A stretch of DNA of 64,000 nt from a virus (taxonomy: Duplodnaviria; Caudoviricetes), in IMG/VR virus record IMGVR_UViG_3300042888_002988, positions 96,001-160,000 of that record, one strand, 5' to 3'. Positions 62,905 through 64,000 of this stretch are shown in pieces. Numbering within the stretch: the stretch's first letter is position 1; each line of letters begins with the position of its first letter. The notes under the pieces were generated by a model, which saw only the letters and a list, made by a program, of their open reading frames with translations, did not search any database and was not told the origin of the DNA. The translations under genes were made by a program, and so were the position numbers.

Positions 62905-62932
62905 CCATCTTCTTTACCTAACACATAATACA

Positions 62933-63136
62933 ATGAAAGTATACGAACTAATCAGACTACTGGAAGAAGCACCCGCCGGATTGGAAGTTCAAGTTGTCCT
63001 ACCCAACACGCTGGCTACACACATCAAGAAGGTCGAAAGTGACGAGGAGGCCTTTTACATCATAGGCCTAGATGCCGAAATCGTGAGCGACGCGAATGGC
63101 GAGAGTTTAGGAATGCTTTCAGCGCTCCAGTTCTGA
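62933..63136 (+). CDS. Small hypothetical protein
   Basis: 67-aa ORF MKVYELIRLLEEAPAGLEVQV, a common small phage-protein pattern. Confidence 0.6.
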   Translation: MKVYELIRLLEEAPAGLEVQVVLPNTLATHIKKVESDEEAFYIIGLDAEIVSDANGESLGMLSALQF

Positions 63137-64000
63137 TCACCCGCCCACGTAGCCGCCATCGAACATGTCGCCCATCCGGGTGCCAAGGTCGTTGGGGATC
63201 GCGATGCCAAACATGGTCCGCAGCTCGTCCATGATCTGCTTGTTCGGGATCAGCGGCTCCTGGTTCACGATGCGCTTCATCATGCAGGCGTAGTTGGTGG
63301 CCATCAGGAAGTCATCCGCCCGAGCCCCGTGCTTGATGTAGCGCATGATCGTCCGGCCCGAGGGCGCCTCGGTGATGTTCCGGCGGACGTTCAAGCAGTC
63401 CAGAGCAAACGAGCTGGAGTCATCCCACCGCGGCCAGGTGATCATCCCGTCCTTGATGTCGGCCAGCACGGCTGAGATCGAGTCCGACCGGTGAAGCGAC
63501 ATGATGTTCGACTCCGGGTGTGGAATGCGATCGAGCATCAGCTTGGTGTCGGTGTATTGGAAGTGGATCAGCATGTTTGTGGGGATCGCGCCGCAGTCCC
63601 GCATGAAGGCATTGTAGTAAGCGCCTCCGCCGTTGTCGGTGCCCATGGCGAACGACTTGAACCGGTTGTGGGCGGCCACGATGGTCTGAGCGACATCGCG
63701 GTAATTCATCCCAGCGTAGCGGTGAGCGTAGAGCAGGTCCATCCGACCCTCAGGAGTCATCCCGTAGATCACGTGCACCGTGTAGGAGAGCTTCGACCGG
63801 TAGGCCGGCTCCCAGTCAGAACCTCCCCAGTCGACGCCGGAGAACACCCTGGTGTAGCGCACGGTCTCCTCGAAGTAATCCGACTGGGTCTTCTTGAAGG
63901 TCTTGTCGGTGCAGCACTTCTTCAGATCCGCCTCGCTGAGCTCGGTCATCCCGGACTCCACCGCGATTCCCCAGATTTCCTGGAGGAACTTTTTGAACTG
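63137..64000 (-). CDS. terL: Terminase large subunit, C-terminal nuclease domain (5'-truncated by window edge)
   Basis: The frame is open to the window end (QFKKFLQEIWGIAVESG). RNase H-like VFSGVDWGG, GTDNGGG and ADDFLMATNYA acidic motifs are present. Confidence 0.85.
   Translation of the reverse strand, partial: QFKKFLQEIWGIAVESGMTELSEADLKKCCTDKTFKKTQSDYFEETVRYTRVFSGVDWGGSDWEPAYRSKLSYTVHVIYGMTPEGRMDLLYAHRYAGMNYRDVAQTIVAAHNRFKSFAMGTDNGGGAYYNAFMRDCGAIPTNMLIHFQYTDTKLMLDRIPHPESNIMSLHRSDSISAVLADIKDGMITWPRWDDSSSFALDCLNVRRNITEAPSGRTIMRYIKHGARADDFLMATNYACMMKRIVNQEPLIPNKQIMDELRTMFGIAIPNDLGTRMGDMFDGGYVGG

Noticed and set aside
1-64000. Stop-codon reassignment, as seen in some large phages
   Set aside because: TAA, TAG and TGA all end well-packed genes, and coding density is high under the standard code.
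1-64000. Prophage boundaries, integrase, IS elements, introns/inteins or a diversity-generating retroelement
   Set aside because: No host genes, recombinase, transposase, homing endonuclease, intein or reverse transcriptase motifs were seen; the repeats in fibre genes are simple tandem duplications.

Overview
This window is a 64-kb internal segment of a large, GC-rich contractile-tailed (myovirus-type) bacteriophage genome, nearly all on the + strand. From left to right it holds: (i) the 3' part of a phage-encoded multisubunit RNA polymerase beta-prime gene; (ii) about 10 kb of Gly/Ala-rich putative internal-head proteins sharing an N-terminal (T/S/H)PFAxL leader and K-x-A-(A/S/G) motifs; (iii) prohead protease, scaffold, decoration, major capsid and neck genes; (iv) sheath, tube, spike, a tail chaperone pair with a -1 frameshift signal, tape measure and baseplate genes; (v) two very Cys-rich fibre-like proteins with long Ser/Gly linkers, directly followed by a GT25 - GT2 - sulfotransferase - pyruvyltransferase/methyltransferase cassette and three CxxC proteins; (vi) a sigma70-family factor, baseplate wedge, collagen-like and receptor-binding fibres; (vii) a degenerate primase/helicase-like gene on the - strand; (viii) an RNA array with a long-tag tmRNA, tRNA(CAT), two tRNA-like RNAs with aberrant anticodon arms and several unexplained structured elements; and (ix) the 3' part of the terminase large subunit on the - strand. 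Many genes sit 6-9 nt behind sigma70-like -10 boxes and lack Shine-Dalgarno sites, pointing to leaderless mRNAs. The most promising undescribed systems are the putative sulfated/pyruvylated glycan decoration of Ser-Gly-rich virion fibres, the PFAxL/KxA head-cargo system and the tRNA-mimic RNA array. All product names come from motif recognition by eye, with no database searches. A PVC-group (e.g. Verrucomicrobiota) host is only a weak guess from the tmRNA tag and the lack of SD sites.
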